Shown: one piece after another, positions 63,503 to 64,000 of the stretch
How positions within the stretch are numbered: the first letter of the stretch is position 1
Layout: each line of letters starts with the position of its first letter
Origin: an uncultured Nitrospiraceae bacterium
GTDB taxonomy: Bacteria; Nitrospirota; Nitrospiria; Nitrospirales; Nitrospiraceae
DNA: 64,000 nt
Direction of reading: 5' to 3'
Assembly (NCBI GenBank): GCA_963846575.1
Contig: CAWJWJ010000002.1
Span: forward strand, 2,048,001-2,112,000
Notes under the pieces: generated by a model
The model's input: only the letters and a program-made list of their open reading frames with translations
The model's database searches: none
What the model was told of the DNA's origin: nothing
Translations under genes and position numbers: made by a program

Positions 63503-64000
63503 GCAGCTCCCATCAATCGCCACTTCTTTTGCGTGCCCGATTGCAGTTCACGCTATGGGTGCGGAGAGGCTCTTAACCGCCCGTGGATCGGCCTATCGCC
63601 CTTCACCGGACGCTGCCTCCCCCGTTCACGTGAATCCGTAGAACCTACTGAGGTAATCTTTCTTTTCCTATCCGCAACTGAGCCCTCACAGCCGGCATAC
63701 TCGGGCCTTACTTCTTGGCCTGATTTGCCCGTCCTATAACAGACGTGCCCGATCCAAGGAAGGTTTCGTCAGGGACTGGGTAGTCCGCGGATAGCATGTC
63801 CTGCCCTGATACTCACCCAGCTTCGGTCGCGGTTCGAACCGTCCTGACGCCCGGACTTCATGGTGACACAACAACCATACGGCCACATCGCACTTCAGGC
63901 GAAGTTGGTCGAGTTCGCTCTGTCACGTGAGCCCAGCTCCAGCATCCCTGGTGAAAAAGCGGGATTACTGAAGGTGACTACGATGAAAAGACGAGTCAGT

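Overview
Bacterial chromosomal window. Gene content and style suggest Nitrospira or a relative; this is an inference, as there is no rRNA here. Bases 1-32.5 kb are mostly intact housekeeping and signalling genes: nfeD-stomatin, a CHASE3/PAS kinase with a NarL-type regulator, a ProA paralog lacking the catalytic Cys, an NTT-like carrier, ltaE, gnd-zwf, HEAT plus HD-GYP, skp, DUF362, rhodanese, radical SAM and serS. A tRNA cluster follows (Ser-TGA, Ser-GCT, Phe-GAA) that acts as an integration hotspot. A collapsed ~1.8 kb islet sits at tRNA-Ser. A ~25.3 kb element at tRNA-Phe is bounded by an exact 53-bp direct repeat (35791-35843 / 61076-61128). Its left ~7.5 kb is a filamentous-phage (inovirus-like) module: tyrosine integrase, Xis-like HTH, RadC/JAB, Rep_trans, SSB, pIII-, pVI- and Zot/pI-like genes, a major coat protein, and a second coat-like paralog missed by the ORF track. 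The remaining ~17 kb is cargo dominated by a sulfur-handling cassette: CstB-like persulfide dioxygenase-rhodanese, two YeeE/YedE pairs, YgaP/DUF2892, a 5'-nucleotidase-fold protein with SoxB-like motifs, and DsrE. It also carries two DUF1264 genes, porins, a hybrid kinase and an orphan HigA. A remnant of a related integrase lies just outside attR. Several island genes carry single frameshift or nonsense lesions. All family calls come from motif recognition by eye, not database searches.
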